Shown here: positions 38,296 to 51,579 of the stretch, one piece after another | How positions within the stretch are numbered: the stretch's first letter is position 1 | How the letters are laid out: each line of letters begins with the position of its first letter | Origin: Somniosus microcephalus | Taxonomy: Eukaryota | Reading direction: 5' to 3' | Assembly: GCA_052327205.1 (NCBI GenBank) | Contig: CM126224.1 | Coordinates: 28,458,001-28,522,000 of the forward strand | DNA length: 64,000 nucleotides | Program-made: the position numbers and the translations under genes | Notes under the pieces: generated by a model | The model's input: only the letters and a program-made list of their open reading frames with translations | Told to the model about the DNA's origin: nothing | Database searches by the model: none

Positions 38296-39467
38296 CCCCC
38301 CTCAGTGTCCACAAACTGTCCACCTGTATCAATGTGCCCTAACCCTACAATCTACTGCTTGGCACCCTCTATTTCTCCACCGGAAGATACACTGACAAAC
38401 ACGAAGCCATGCACATTATCATCACTGTTGTGTTACATAACAGATGGAGCTTCCTTCGTTTTTCATTTGTAAATTTAAACTTCACTGTTTTTAACTGGTA
38501 GGATTTACTGAAAAGGGACCTGAATTCAAAATGTAATTGCTGCACCTAAAATCAGATAAACGATCAAGTCAATTCTTTATTCAGGGGGAGCAGCACAAAC
38601 AGAAAGGCATAAGTTAGCCACGAGTTGTTTGCAGGACTCCTCGTGTGTGTAAAGAGAATGGTGCGGGGACTTTCGCCACAGTTCATGCTTTGAACGTAAA
38701 CTTCGGAGTTACATGGGGCTAAGTTGGGACAGGACGTGTGCAGAGTGAGGCTCCGAGGCAAGTCGCCAAACCGTGGCCGCGCTGGGCTGTGCCTTTCTCC
38801 TCAGACTGTGATTGTGTCGCTCACTGGGCGTTTTCAACAGCTGCACGTTTCACCTGGAGCCATGAGCGCCATCTCGGTATTCGAGGCTAGCCCGGCGCAA
38901 GGAGTCACCCGACTCCCCGTCCCACCCGATGGCTCAGGTTTTGCTGCAAAGGGGTTGGATTTGGCTGCAGTCTAAAGGCCTCTGTCTGCTGGGAGAGGGA
39001 GCGTTTACTGGGCCTACACTTCATTCAGAATAGGCTCTGTACATTGAAGAATAAAGCCAAATGTAACAATGAAAAGTTCCAGAGTATCTGAAAATTACTG
39101 TAACATTTTGAGAAGTTTTATTTCCAGTGAAGTTATAATTTCTTCACATTGTAAATAGTTTTACAGGGTGGCTGGAACATTGCATTTTTTCACTTTTCCC
39201 ATCAGTAATACGATAATGGGGGAAAAAACTTCCATGTGAAGAGTAATGGAAGGAAGTTCGAAGGGTAGCCGGTTTTGAATACTGGGATGTGGAAGGCGGT
39301 TTCTTATTTCCTCCGAAGCTGTACCCTGGAAGCTGGGGGCTGAGATAGAACAGAAGGGGCTTCCTCGGTGTAAAGCAGCCTATAGACACACATGGGAAGG
39401 GTTTCATGTAGTTTGGGGAACGCTTGCAAAGAAAGCGGCAGATGTTTGAATTAAGCTGCTGCCTTTC

Positions 39468-40200
39468 AATTTAATTCAATTCAATTTTATTTGTCATATA
39501 TGCAGCAGACGTGTGTGCTGCACAATGAAATGTTGATTTTTACGAGTCCTCCCAACATTGGAATAAATATTTCTCAATACTGAGCCCGCAAATTACAGGG
39601 AAGTTGGCTAAAAGCAGACGCTGTCGTACTGGGATGTATAAATGGAACCTTTATGGATGAAATGGGATTCTGTCAGAATATAACATTCGAGGAGAAACAT
39701 CATAACATTGAGTAAAATGATAGAATATATATGTGTGTGTGTGTGCGGACTACAGTCATGTTGCTTTAAGCTGACCTCTTGGAAAGCAATGGTAATTGTG
39801 TGTGTTTTTTTTGTGCGCATTGTGGATGTGGCTGTAGTTTTGTGCGGTGGACTCGTGCCTGCTGGGAACACTGGCCTGAGAATGCCCGGACTCATCTTGC
39901 AAGAAAAGGTAATCCCCGGAGATTTGATGGAGAGACAATGTAACAGCAGAGAGCACACAACCGGCGACTAATAAAACCGTGCAGCGTTTACACAGTAGGC
40001 CAGCAGTTCCTTCCTCTGCTCTGTTAGAACTCCAAAGTGACAGAAATGAGAATACACTGCGGAACTCTGCCCATCATTACGAACATGTGCAAATAAAACG
40101 GGCAACACTTCGAGGCCTGCTGTATAATTGCGTGTGCTGCCGAATGACGCTGACAACTCTTTCTATCGTCTTGTTGTCATCTGGTTAGATTTGCTGACAG
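39468..40200 (-). mobile_element. Possible ancient Rex1/Babar-like LINE 3' remnant
   Basis: Minus strand ends 'tatatgacaaataaaattgaattgaattaaattgaa', a tandem-repeat tail. Upstream ORF similarity is weak. Confidence 0.35.
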
Positions 40201-42519
40201 TGCACCGAACGGTGTGATATTGCTGAGGTACACAAAAGAAAAATGTTTCGTCGGGTTGTTGATAGCTGTAAGACCCGCCATGTTGTGCGTACAGCGGATT
40301 CTCAGCAGCCTAACCTCAATAGACAAGTTGCAAGTGATAACCCCGACTTCTGCCCCGTGGGACCATCACATCTTCACTGCAGCGTCTGATTGAAGAAAAC
40401 GTATTCGCCGCCCAGTTCAAAAAGTAATTCGTTGTGTGAAGTGCTTTCAGACATTTAAGGTGCCATATCAATGCAAGTACTTTTAAAAACTTCACCTGTT
40501 GAGAAACAGAAGTCACCATGCAATGCCTTTTTACTTTATTATTCAACCAAGGCTGTAACAGAAAGGTGACCGAAAATGTGGAGCGTTGGAAAACGACAAC
40601 TCATTGTACAAACCAGCCAACAGATTGGAAATGCATAGCGAAACAGACCTAGTAATAAAAAAAATTATAGCCAAGGCTATTATTTTTTAATTTGCTAGCT
40701 CATAGATTTCCGTGTTTGATAAAAAAATTAATTCTATTCGCTATTTTGGTGCCAATGAAATCGTGAAACACGAGTCTGCTATTAGTAACATCAGAAAACC
40801 ACTCATTCCAGATTCACCTAATATAAACCTCTTTTAACACTTCATTGTGATCTAACTTTCCAGTTCATCGCTAATTGTTTTCTTCCGCCAGTTATGGGGT
40901 ATGATGGAGATGGCAAAACTTTATTCGTGCTGCAGGATAGTCACTGCTTGAATATCTGGGTAACTCATCTGCGACCAGGTGAACTTGGTTGTAAACAGAC
41001 CTGTTAGGAAGTAGGCAATAAGTTTCAGGACACGCAGAAAAAGATAAAGTTTCAATGTTACTGTAAAGACAGGTATGGGAATGGTGATCTCCTATGATGT
41101 AAATTGACTAGCTTTTTGACTGTAAAGTATGAAACATTAAAACTGCGATATGATGCTTCCTGAAATCGACATGACTTGCAAAAATGTGTGCGGAATCGTT
41201 TTTTAATGAAACACAGGAGAAGCAAGTAGCAGGGATTACAGGAGAAAGCTTTAACTGGTCCCGAAATCAGGTTTCTGGTTTTAATAGGAAGAAAGGTATT
41301 AGAAGGTGTTGGGATTGATGAGGTTGGAGAGACATGCAGACCAATGCATTTATTATATTCTATGATGTCCCCTCATATCAATGTATCCATACAGGCCAGT
41401 TGTGCACAAGTGTTTAATAGTTTATGTAATGAGAATATAACATCAAAATGGATGTGAATGTAAGTACTCATAATAACCCCGCTGCTCTTTCCACAGTGCT
41501 CTGCAGTGCCCAGCAGCTCTCTCCACTTACATTTGCACCAGCTCCGATGCAAGCATCTTGTAACATTTGAAACACATGACACAGATTATGAAGGGGCAAA
41601 AGACAAGATGTGAGCAGTTACAGGCTACCTGACTCTTCCGTTGTCTCTGAATTGAGACCATCTGTTTGAAGATTGCAAGTCGCAACACGTGCATTGATGA
41701 GCAGCCACAGTTGCCTCTGCTGAATTGATACCTATGGCAGTGCAATGTGGTATTGATCATTTGCACCACGCAATCGTGAGCAGCTTCAGCATACTTGGAG
41801 AATATATGGATGGAATTCTGAGGAAGGGGTTTGGAGAACACACACACATGCCCACTGTCTCACCCTGAGGACGTGTGGGGTGTTATGAGGACATTCACTC
41901 TGACAATGGCATTATGCAGAAGGAGTATGTGGCTCCTCGTGTCAGCAGCAATGCCGTGCCAGCAAGTAACCATGCACACGTAGCTGCAACTGCTACATCC
42001 CAAAACACTCAACACAGTGAATCCAACAAGGTGCTTCCCTTCACTGATGCAGGTATATCAGAGGACGCTCCAGTAGATATAGTGAGACTTGGGATCACTG
42101 TTCACATCTGCATCAGCCGACACCCACGACTTCTACTCCCTTAGTCACCGAAGCACAGAATTAGTCCACCTAGAGAGAAAACAAGAACAGGCATAGAAGT
42201 GGGGAATACGCTGAAGACATACAATGAAAACTCCACCACCACATGCATACCAAGAGAATGGCATCTGGTTGCTGTGAATCTATGTTGCAGTCCTTCATGC
42301 TTTTATTATGGCGGCTGCTAGAGTAATATGAAGTTTACATATTTTAGTTATTCATGGTGGGAGGGGGAGGCAAAAAAAATCATCATTGAAAATATGTCCA
42401 AGAGAAAGTGATAGTATTTATCGGGAAAGCTCACTGGGATTGGGAGAACACCCAGATCTTTCCTGTTGTTGGGGCCTGATTTGCTGCTGGCACTTGAAGT
42501 GATGGTGGGGTTGTGAGGA

Positions 42520-42810
42520 AAGAGGGATTCAGTTACCTGCTAGTGGAACAGTGCGTGGCACACTATCTGTCTCTTGCACCCGTGGGTGTGTGGCATAAAA
42601 GCTGAAGACAGTGGCAACCTTCACTGCTGCAGTATGGATAGTCATGTGTGTCTTCAGGGACTGGGTAGCACATCTCAGTCATAGCGTGCTTGCTGAGCCT
42701 GAGCATGCACTGCTTCGCTGCCGGGCCCAGGTCTCTGGCAGTAATATGTGGGGCTGTTTTGCCAGTGGTGTGCCTCCTATTCAATCTGCGATTCTGCGGC
42801 ATCTTCTCCT
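42520..42810 (-). pseudogene. Fossil PIF/Harbinger (HARBI1-like) transposase N-terminus; decayed element probably spans about 41300-43060
   Basis: Frameshifted minus-strand remnants KQCMLRLSKHAMTEMC, AAVKVATVFSFYA and QVTESLF in the order expected for Harbinger transposases. TIR-like 'aatttcggcc' at about 43049-43058. Confidence 0.55.
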
Positions 42811-45094
42811 GCAGCTGTACACCATATAACCTTGGCTATAATGGCCATTGCACGCATTTTGTGGGGATTACAAAATCCTCTGCACAATGCTGTGTTGATG
42901 CATGACACTCGTATACCTTTTTTCACACAGTTGACTCACCTTCTGAATGGGCACTATGTTCTTCAATATGCCCCGAAACTACAGGTCTTAGAGACAAGGC
43001 TTTCCACAGTCATAAAAATGAACAATTTTCTCTCCCGCTCATTACACCAATTTCGGCCTGTGAAGGGAAAATGAACCGGAGGTATAAATTCCAGAAAATT
43101 AGCGAATTGCCGTCCCATCCCAACTTAGTCATATCTCTTTTGCTAAACTGTACACACAGGAAAATACCTTCCTAATTCGCCAATGTATGCATAACCAGTA
43201 GGAGTTTTTTTTAAATTCCAATTGACTGGGTCTACTTCATGCTTCTCAACATGTCCGATCCACATGGAAACCCAGGGTTGTTTGAGATTTTTCTTGTTAC
43301 CTAGTTGCTATGTTGTGTCCCTGCAGATTTGCTAATCTATGGATAGAAATTTTAAAAAGTATGTGATTCCTCTTGTGAAAACAATCCTTCCCACCCGATT
43401 GCTTAAAACAAATTCTGAAGTTTCGGACAAATTTCATTTAAAAACAATTGACACGTCTTCCAATCCGGCAACATTACAATCAATCTAACAGTTTATATCT
43501 ACACCGAGGCTTAAACGAGTGTCAAAAACAGAAAGACAAGTTATTTTAAAAGTCTGCTGATGAGGCCCAGATAAACATAGCTTGAGAGTTTCTGCAGAAA
43601 TCTACAGAAAGCACATCACAGGTGTGATGTGTATACCATGGAATTTGAACGTACTCATATGGAATCTTAAAACCCCTTTCGCCTTTTTACACTTGAAATC
43701 AGTGCTGGCGATTTGCAATATTAAACAATTTCCCACGATTTAAAAGTTAAAAGAACGTTTAAACCTTCGCTGCGAGCAAAGTGACACTAAGCTGCCAATA
43801 CATTTTATTGGAGGGCAGATGTAAGTTTATTTTCACCTCAATTTTATTAGCAGAAGTTTGCTGAAAATAGAAATGGCTATCATTCTTGTTCATAATCTAA
43901 ATAATGTAGAGTGAGTGCAGCTAGCCGTCTCAGACCGGTGTCTGGGAAACTGCTCGGCTGTAGGTCCCAGTATTGTCCGCCACAAATGAGCTCTGTGAAT
44001 GCACCCATGAAACCATGCGTAGCGCTCTGTTCCTGGGGTGGCAACTATCAGTCGGAGTGTCTGGTCTTTGGTAACAGTAAAAACAATCCATAAAAGGTTT
44101 TAGAATTTCCCCAGAAAGTCCAATACAGCACTTGTAAAAATTCAGCTTTATATCAAGCTGGAGTTATACTGCAGTTAGTGTGAACTCAAGCTGATGTGAG
44201 ACAAGCTCCTAACTTGGTGTAAATGTGCTTGGGCATCAGATCAGGATCTGAAACCTGAGTTATACTGCCACTTTTATGTTTGTGCAACAAAAACCACGTT
44301 GCATCAATGAAACGGTGCTGGCATAACTATAGCTTCAATCTTCCACAGTTATGGCTCAAGAGACAACGTTACCAGGATACATTGTACAGCCTAAACTCAA
44401 AAATAATGTCATTTCTAGTACAAAAATAAATGTATAAAGCTACCGATCTATGGAGTAGCGAAAGTGCTAAGTGTTATATTGTAAAAAAGAAGTCATTAGG
44501 TGTTAAACTGTAAAATAGATTGCTGTAGTCTGACTTTAAGATCAGTACTGGTACCGCAGTTCCCAACCCTGCTGTTTCACAAGCTGTTGTTTTGCTACAT
44601 AGAGTATTTGTTTAGTGATGTCTAACTACTTGAGCTTTCAGATCGTATCTATTCTGGTAAACACAAAGCAGCACAATTATAGAAGAGCTAACAGCAGTGT
44701 CATGACTGCAGACATTAGTGCAGGAAATTGACATCAACCCAAGCACGATACCTTACCTCAGTATTTAATTTTGACTCTGGTACAAATCGCTCTCCATACT
44801 TAATGCGGAGACAAGTACTGAAATGTGCTATGCTTACTCTGGTCTCAGAGGTCCACGGACCACATTCCCATATAGGAATGCCTCGTTGCATGTTCAAAAT
44901 GGGTATCAAGTACCATATTTATATGCATAATAATGGGTTCACTTTGAAAACGACGATTCTTTATTGGTTAGTAACTATCGTTTACAAAGGACTTCTTCAA
45001 GTTACTGTGAAATCACTACCCAGACCATTAAAGTATACATGTGCAAATTGAGTGTGCTCAATGTGTAGTATAACAAAATGTTAATTATGTACTA

Positions 45095-45745
45095 TGTAAC
45101 CTCTGTTCCAAGGAGAACAGTCCTAACTTTTCCAACCTCTCCTCATAACTGAAGTCCCTCATCGCTGGTAACATCCTGGTAAACCTCCTCTGTAGCCTTT
45201 CTAAGGCCTTTACATCTTTCCTGAATTGTCCACAATACTCCAGCTGAGGCCTAACCAGTGAAGATATCAAGTTCGAGCCTGATCTCTTTGCTTTTATATT
45301 CTATGCCTCTATTTATAAACCCAAGTAACCCGTATGCTTTTTAAACCACCTTATCAACTTGCCATGCTACCTTTAAGGGTTTGTGTATATGGACACCAAG
45401 GTCTCTCTGCTCTCCACTTTCCTCTTTAATTCTATAGGCTTCCATCTTCTTAACAAGCCTCCGGTGTGGAACTTTTTCAAATGCCTTCCGAAAGTCCATA
45501 TATACATCTACTGCACTACCTTGATCAACCTTCTCTGTTACCTCATCAAAGAAGTCAATCAAGGTAGTCAGACATGATTTGCCTTTAACAAATTCATGCT
45601 GGCTCTCCTTGATTAACCCATGCCTTTCCAAATGAAAGTTAATTTTTTCCCTGATAATGGTTTCCAATAATTTCCCCACCACCGATGTTAGGCTGATTGG
45701 CCTGCAGTTTCCTGCTTTATCCCTCTCCCCTTTCTTAAATAACAA
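45095..45745 (-). mobile_element. Internally deleted CR1 LINE ORF2 fragment
   Basis: LFKKGERDKAGNCRPISLTSVVGKLLE...KSCLT...DFRKAF joins directly to RDLGV and VRPQLEYC...FSLEQR. Confidence 0.9.
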
Positions 45746-45754
45746 CAAAATAAG

Positions 45755-48700
45755 TCAAAGCTAAAGGCACTATATCTGAATGCGTGAAGCATTCGCAACA
45801 GATAGAAATTAATAGGTTTGATCTAATAGCCATTACGGAGACATGGTTGCAATGTGGCCAAGGTTGGGAACTAAATATTCCAGGATACTTAACTTTTAGA
45901 AGAGATAGGCAAAATGGAAAAGGAGGAGGGGGAGCCCTGATAATAAAGGATGGGATAAAGACAGTAGAGAGAAAGGATCTTAGCTCCAAAAATCAAGAAG
46001 TAGAATCAGTTTGGGTGGATCTAAGAAACAGCAAGGGGCAGAAAACATTGGTGGGAGTTGTTTATAGGCCCCCAAACAGTAGTTGTAATGTTGGGCAGAG
46101 TATAAATCAGGAAATTAGAGGCGCATGTAACAAGGGTAATACAGTAATCATGGGGAACTTTAATCTACATATAGACTGGGCAAACCAAATTTGCAGTAAT
46201 AGTGTGGAGGACGAATTCATGGAATGTATACAAGATAGTTTTCGAGATCAGTATGTTGAGGAGCCTACTAGGGAACAGGTTATTTTAGATCTAGTATTGT
46301 GCAACGAGAAAGGGTTAATTAATAGCCTTGTAGTAAAGGGGCCTATAGGGAAGAGTGACCATAATATGACAGAATTTTCTATTGAGTTTGAAAGTGATTT
46401 AGTTAAATCTGAAACTAGGGTCTTAAATCTAAACAAAGTAAACTACGTAGGTATGAGGGTGAGTTGGTTAAGGTGGTTTGGGAAACTACATTAAAAGGTA
46501 GATGGTAGAGAAGCAATGGCTAGCATTTAAAGAATTAATACATAATTTACAACAAATATACATTCCTTTAAGGCACAAAAACCCCACAGGAAAAGTGGTC
46601 CAACTGTGGCTAACAAGAGAAGTTAAAGATAGTATTAGATCAAAGGAAGAGGTTTATAATGTTGACAAAAAGAGTAGTAAGCCTGGGGATTGGGAGGATT
46701 TTAGAATTCAGCAAAGGAGGACCAAGAAATTGATAAAGAAAGGGAAAATAGAATATGAGAGTAAACTAGTGAGAGACATAAAAACAGACTGTTAAAGCTT
46801 CTATAGGTATGTAAAAAGGAAAAGATTAGCGAAAGTAAATGTGGGTTCCTTACAGGCTGAGACAGAAGAAATTATAATGGGGAATAAGGAAATGGCAGAG
46901 AATTAAACAAATACTTTGTGTCTGTCTTCATGGAAGAAGACGCAAAAAAACTTCCCGGAAATAGTGGAGAACCAAGGGTCTAGCGAGAATGAGGAACTGA
47001 AAGAAATTAGTACAGGTAGACTACCCTTTATCCGGACTTCCGAAAACCGAAACCCTCTAAAAACCGAAGGTTTTTTCGTTCAGCGTAAGTCGTGCGTACG
47101 AACGAAAAAACCTTCGGTTTTTAGAGGGTTCCGGTTTCGGAAGTTCGGATAAAGGGTAAGTCGTGCGCACGACCCCCCGCCGGCCCCGACAACCGCCGAC
47201 CCCGCCAGCCCCGACAACCGCCGACCCCCCCGCGGACCCCGCCGGCCCCGACAACCGCCAGCCCCGCCAACCGCCGACCCCCCCGCGGACCCCGCCGGCC
47301 CCGACCCCCGCCGACCCCGACTGACTTACGCTGAGCGTCAGCGTAAGTTGTGCGCACGACCCCCCGCCGACCCCGCCGACCCACCTTCCGAAATCCAAAA
47401 TTCTCCTTTATCCGAAACTCGGCTGGTCCTGAGGTTTTCGGATAAAGGATAGTCTACCTGTATTAGTAAAAAAATAGTACTGGAGAAATTTATGGGACTG
47501 AAAGCTGATAAATCCCCTGGACCTGATGGCCTACATCCTAGGGTTTTGAAAGAGGTGGCTATAGAGATAGTGGAAGCATTGGTTGTCATTTTCCAAAATT
47601 ACACAGATTATAGAATGGTTCCTACGGATTGGAAGGTAGCAAATGTAACCCCACTATTTAAGAAAGGGGGGAGAGAGAAAATGGGGATCTACAGACCAGT
47701 TAGCCTGATGTCAGTAGTAGGGAAAATGCTGGAATCTATTATTAAGGACATGGTAACAGGGCACTTAGAAAATAATAATAGGATTGGGCAGAGTCAACAT
47801 GGATTTATGATACAGAAATCGTGTTTGAGGAATCTGTTAGCGTTTTTTGAAGTTGTAACTAGCAGAATAGATAAGGGGGAACTAATGGTTGTGGTGTATT
47901 TGGATTTTCAGAAGGCATTCGATAAGGTGCGACACAAGAGGTTATTAAACAAAATTAGGGCTCATGGGATTGGGGGTAATATGCTAGCATGGATTGAGGA
48001 TTGGTTAACGGACAGGAAACAGAGAGTAGGAATAAGCGGGTCATTTTCGGGTTGGCAGGCTGTAACTAGTGGGGTACCGCAAGGATCAGTGCTTGGGCCT
48101 CAGCTATTCGCAATCTATATCAATGATTTGGATGAGGGGACCAAATGTAATATATCCAAATTTGTTGATGATACAAAGCTGGGTGGGAATGTAAGTTGTG
48201 AGGAGGATGCAAAGAGGCTTCAAGGGGATATAGACAAGCTAAGTGAGTGGGCAAGAACATGGCAAATGGAATATAATGTGGAGAAATGTGAAGTTATCCA
48301 CTTTGGTAGGAAAATTGAAAAGCAGAGTATTTTTTAAATGGTGAGAGATTGGGAAATGTTGGTGTTCAGAGGGACCTGGGTGTCCTTGTACACGAATCAC
48401 TGAAAGTTAACATGCAGCTACAGCAAGCAATTAGGCAAGCAATTAGGAAAGCAAATGGTATGTTGGCCTTTATTACAAGAGGATTTGAGTATAAGAGTAA
48501 TGATGTCTTACTGCAATTATATAGGGCCCTGGTGAGACCACACCTGGAGTATTGTGTACAGTTTTGGTCTCCTTACCTAAGGAAGGATATACTTGCCATA
48601 GAGGGAGTGCAACGAAGGTTCACCAGACTGGTTCCTGGGATGAGAAGTCTTATGAGAAGAGATTGAGTAGACTAGGCCTATATTCTCTAGAGTTTAGAAG

Positions 48701-49099
48701 AATTAGAGGTGACCTCATTGAAACATACAAAATTCTTACAGGGCTTGACAGGGTAGATGCAGGGAGGATGTTTCCCTTGGCTGGGGAGTCTAGAACAAGG
48801 GGCCATAGTCTCAGAATAAGGGCTCAGCCATTTAGGACTGAGATGAGGAGAAATTTCTTCACAGAGGGTGGTGAATCTTTGGAATTCTCTGCCCCAGAGG
48901 GCTGTGGAGGCTCAGTTGTTGAGTACATTCAAGACAGAGATCGATAGATTTTTGGATATTAAGATAATCAAGGGATATGGGGATAGTGCAGGAAAGTGAA
49001 GATAGGTAGATGATCAGCCATGAACTTACTGAATGGCGGAGCAGGCTCGAGGGGCCAAATGGCCTACTCCTGCTCCTATTTCTTATGCTTATGCTTATG
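45755..49099 (+). mobile_element. CR1 (HER1-like) LINE with near-complete, disabled ORF2 (APE endonuclease + RT) and 3' tail
   Basis: EN motifs ITETW, YRPPN, GNFN and SDHN; RT motifs YRPVSL, LDFQKAFD, GVPQGSVLGP and FVDDTK. Contains stops and frameshifts. Tail 'cttatgcttatgcttatg'. Interrupted by the MITE at 47013-47460. Confidence 0.95.
47013..47460. mobile_element. Tc1/mariner-superfamily (pogo/Tigger-like) MITE nested in CR1
   Basis: 22-bp TIRs caggtagacta(c/t)cctttatccg (21/22 match). TA duplication at 47011-47012 and 47461-47462. CR1 sequence resumes seamlessly across it. Confidence 0.92.
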
Positions 49100-49275
49100 A
49101 ACAACAACTTGTATTTATATAGCGCCTTTGATGTAGTAAAATGTCCCAAGGTGCTTCGCAGGAGTATTATAAGACAAAAAATTTGACACCGATCCACATA
49201 AGGAGAAATTAGGACAGGTGACCAAAAGCTTGGTCAAAGAGGTAGGTTTTAAGGAGAGTCTTAAAGGAGGAAAGA
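49100..49275 (-). mobile_element. L2 LINE 3' end
   Basis: Reverse complement of 'aaaggcgctatataaatacaagttgttgtt'; same family as 54735-55192. Confidence 0.85.
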
Positions 49276-49541
49276 ATAGTGGTTTAACAATAGTTAATAT
49301 CGAATATTCTACCTGTTAACAGAATAAACATATCAATATGGGGAATTTGGAGTACACTTGAGGCGTTCGCATCTTATATTACCAGTGAGGGGATCAAGAT
49401 CATATTGTTCAGAGACAAATTGTTCCATGTAACAGGATTAAACAAGTTGTTTATGTTAACATTTTATACTCCTGCAATAATATCAGGAACCAAAAATAAG
49501 CCTGAAACTAACTGTGAGCGATGTTATTGCACAAACACTTT

Positions 49542-50094
49542 AGCCTAGAAATTGTTTTGCACTGGCAGCCGAGGAAAACTGGGCACAAGGAATGAGTAGG
49601 CACGCAGCACACCTGATATTGGACCTTGGACCTCATTTAAAATCAGACCGTTGAGTTGAGGATACATGCTGGATGTCCCCAGGCAGCTTGCCGCTGAATC
49701 GGCATTGGAATTTGGGCCACTGCATCACTGGCAGCAGCCCTCAGGTAGGTCCTGGGATGTGGGGAGGTAATTGACAGGCGGCCGAGTAGGAGCCGGCAAC
49801 AGTCCTTGGCACTGCAGTGGGGCTGGGAGGTGAACTCCTGTTCCACCCAGTTCCACATTCAGGTAAGTATTAGGTGGCGTCCCTTTAATGATCACTGGTT
49901 AGGCCGCATGTAGACCATTTTTTCCTAAACGCAGCCGGCCTGGTGCGGCTGCATTAGGGCAGACTCATTTTGCAAAGGGGGCCACCTATTTTATATGTCG
50001 GCGTGGAATGGGTGCACACCAACCGTCATACTGAACATTTTGATGCCCATTTTATGCCTGTAAAATGGGCGCAGTGTCAACCAATTTCTAGGCT
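49542..50094. mobile_element. PIF/Harbinger-like MITE
   Basis: Perfect 13-bp TIRs agcctagaaattg / caatttctaggct, with TTT and TTA flanks. Confidence 0.75.
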
Positions 50095-50228
50095 TTAATG
50101 CGCTCGTATCAAATTCTGGTCCAGTCACTGTGCAATTACATCATTAGCCCATTCTTTTTGAATGTAGTTATGAGGTTACAGCACAAAGAGACAAGAGCAA
50201 TTGTTCCCCTAATTATCCAAAGAAATTA

Positions 50229-50712
50229 GTGCAGAAAATATTTATGAGAATGATTCCAATGATGAGGGACTTCAGTTATGTGGATAGATTAGAGAAGCTG
50301 GGGTTGTTCTCCTTACAGCAGAGAAGGTTGAGGGGAGATGTGATAGAGGTGTTCAAAATCATGAGGGGTCTAGACAGAGTAGATAGAGAGAGACTGTTCC
50401 CATTGGTGGAAGGGTCGAGAACCAGAGGACACAGATTTAAGGTGATTGGAAAAAGAACCAAAGGCGACATGAGGAAAAACTTTTTTTTTTACAGAGAGTT
50501 GTTGTGATCTAGAATGCACTGCCTGAGAGGGTGGTGGAAGCACACTCAATCGTGGCCTTCAAAAGGGAAATGGATAAGTACCTGAAGGAAAAAAATTTGC
50601 AGGGCTATGGGGAAATGGCGGGGGAGTGGGACTAGCTGAAGTGCTCTTGCAGAGAGCCGGCACGGACTCGACAGGCCGAATAGCCTCCTTCTGTGCTGTA
50701 ACCATTCTATGA
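50229..50712 (+). mobile_element. CR1 (HER1-like) LINE 3' end
   Basis: RDFSYVDRLEKLGLFSLQQRRLRGDVIEVFK...TRGHRFKV and tail 'gtgctgtaaccattctatga'. Confidence 0.92.
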
Positions 50713-50816
50713 CTGTCCCATCAGCCTCCAGTGTTGCACTACTGCATGGAAGATTATTCATATTATCCACACCTATTTTCTTGATATCATCTTCAATTCA
50801 GTTAACATTTTACAGT

Positions 50817-51579
50817 GGGCCAGAAATTCGGGGCGGAGGCTTCCCGCGGGTGCAAGCCCCCGACCTGCACTTACCTAGCGCGCCGGCCGTTGAGCTGTGG
50901 GCCCGCGTGGGATTCCGATACTGGGCCTGCTCCAGCTGCCGGCGCACAGTGCTTGCATATCCCAGGGGCGCAGTTAGTTCAAAGCGTCCCCTGGGATCAC
51001 GTGGGCCATGGAGAGCCAATCGTAGCAGGGAATCTCTATTCATAGATTTGACAGGAAGACCTGTCAAATCTATGAATACAGTTCGGCCCCAAAACATAAC
51101 TAAAACTTCAAATAATTTTTTTTTTAAATCACATTTTTAAAATAATTATAAATTACATAAAATAACTATTTTAAACAATTATTTAAATTTTTGAAAAAAT
51201 TAATTACAGTTTTTAACGGGGCTAAAAATAAACTTACCTTTCTTTAAAGTATTTAAAAATAATAAACCTGTGGAAAAAATGTTTTAATCTTACTTAATTC
51301 ACCACTTACCTTGTTAAAAGCAGGCCTTGCGACTGCTTTTTACAAGCGTAGCTGCTGGATCCTTACCCTCCCGGAAAAACCTGTAAAAAAAATGGAAGTT
51401 CCAGGCATACGCGCTGCCTCTCCGGTGCACGCGTTCGACCTGTGGACCCCTTCCTTTAAGGGAACGGAAGTTCCGGTTTCCCGCACATGCGCAGTGCATG
51501 CACGAAACCGGCACTTTCGTTGGGCCTACGCGTGAGTACCCAGCGCGTACTCACCCGTGGGGACCCGAATTTCTGGCCC
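50817..51579. mobile_element. Young PIF/Harbinger-like MITE with internal hairpins
   Basis: Perfect 16-bp TIRs gggccagaaattcggg / cccgaatttctggccc. GC-rich arms, AT-rich core, perfect 19-bp stem at 51037-51078. Confidence 0.85.

Noticed and set aside
47057-47398. Gly/Arg-rich ORFs
   Set aside because: Translations of the MITE's GC-rich tandem repeat.
45095-49099. Twin-priming inversion of a single CR1
   Set aside because: The two head-to-head pieces cover overlapping RT regions and differ substantially, so they are independent insertions.
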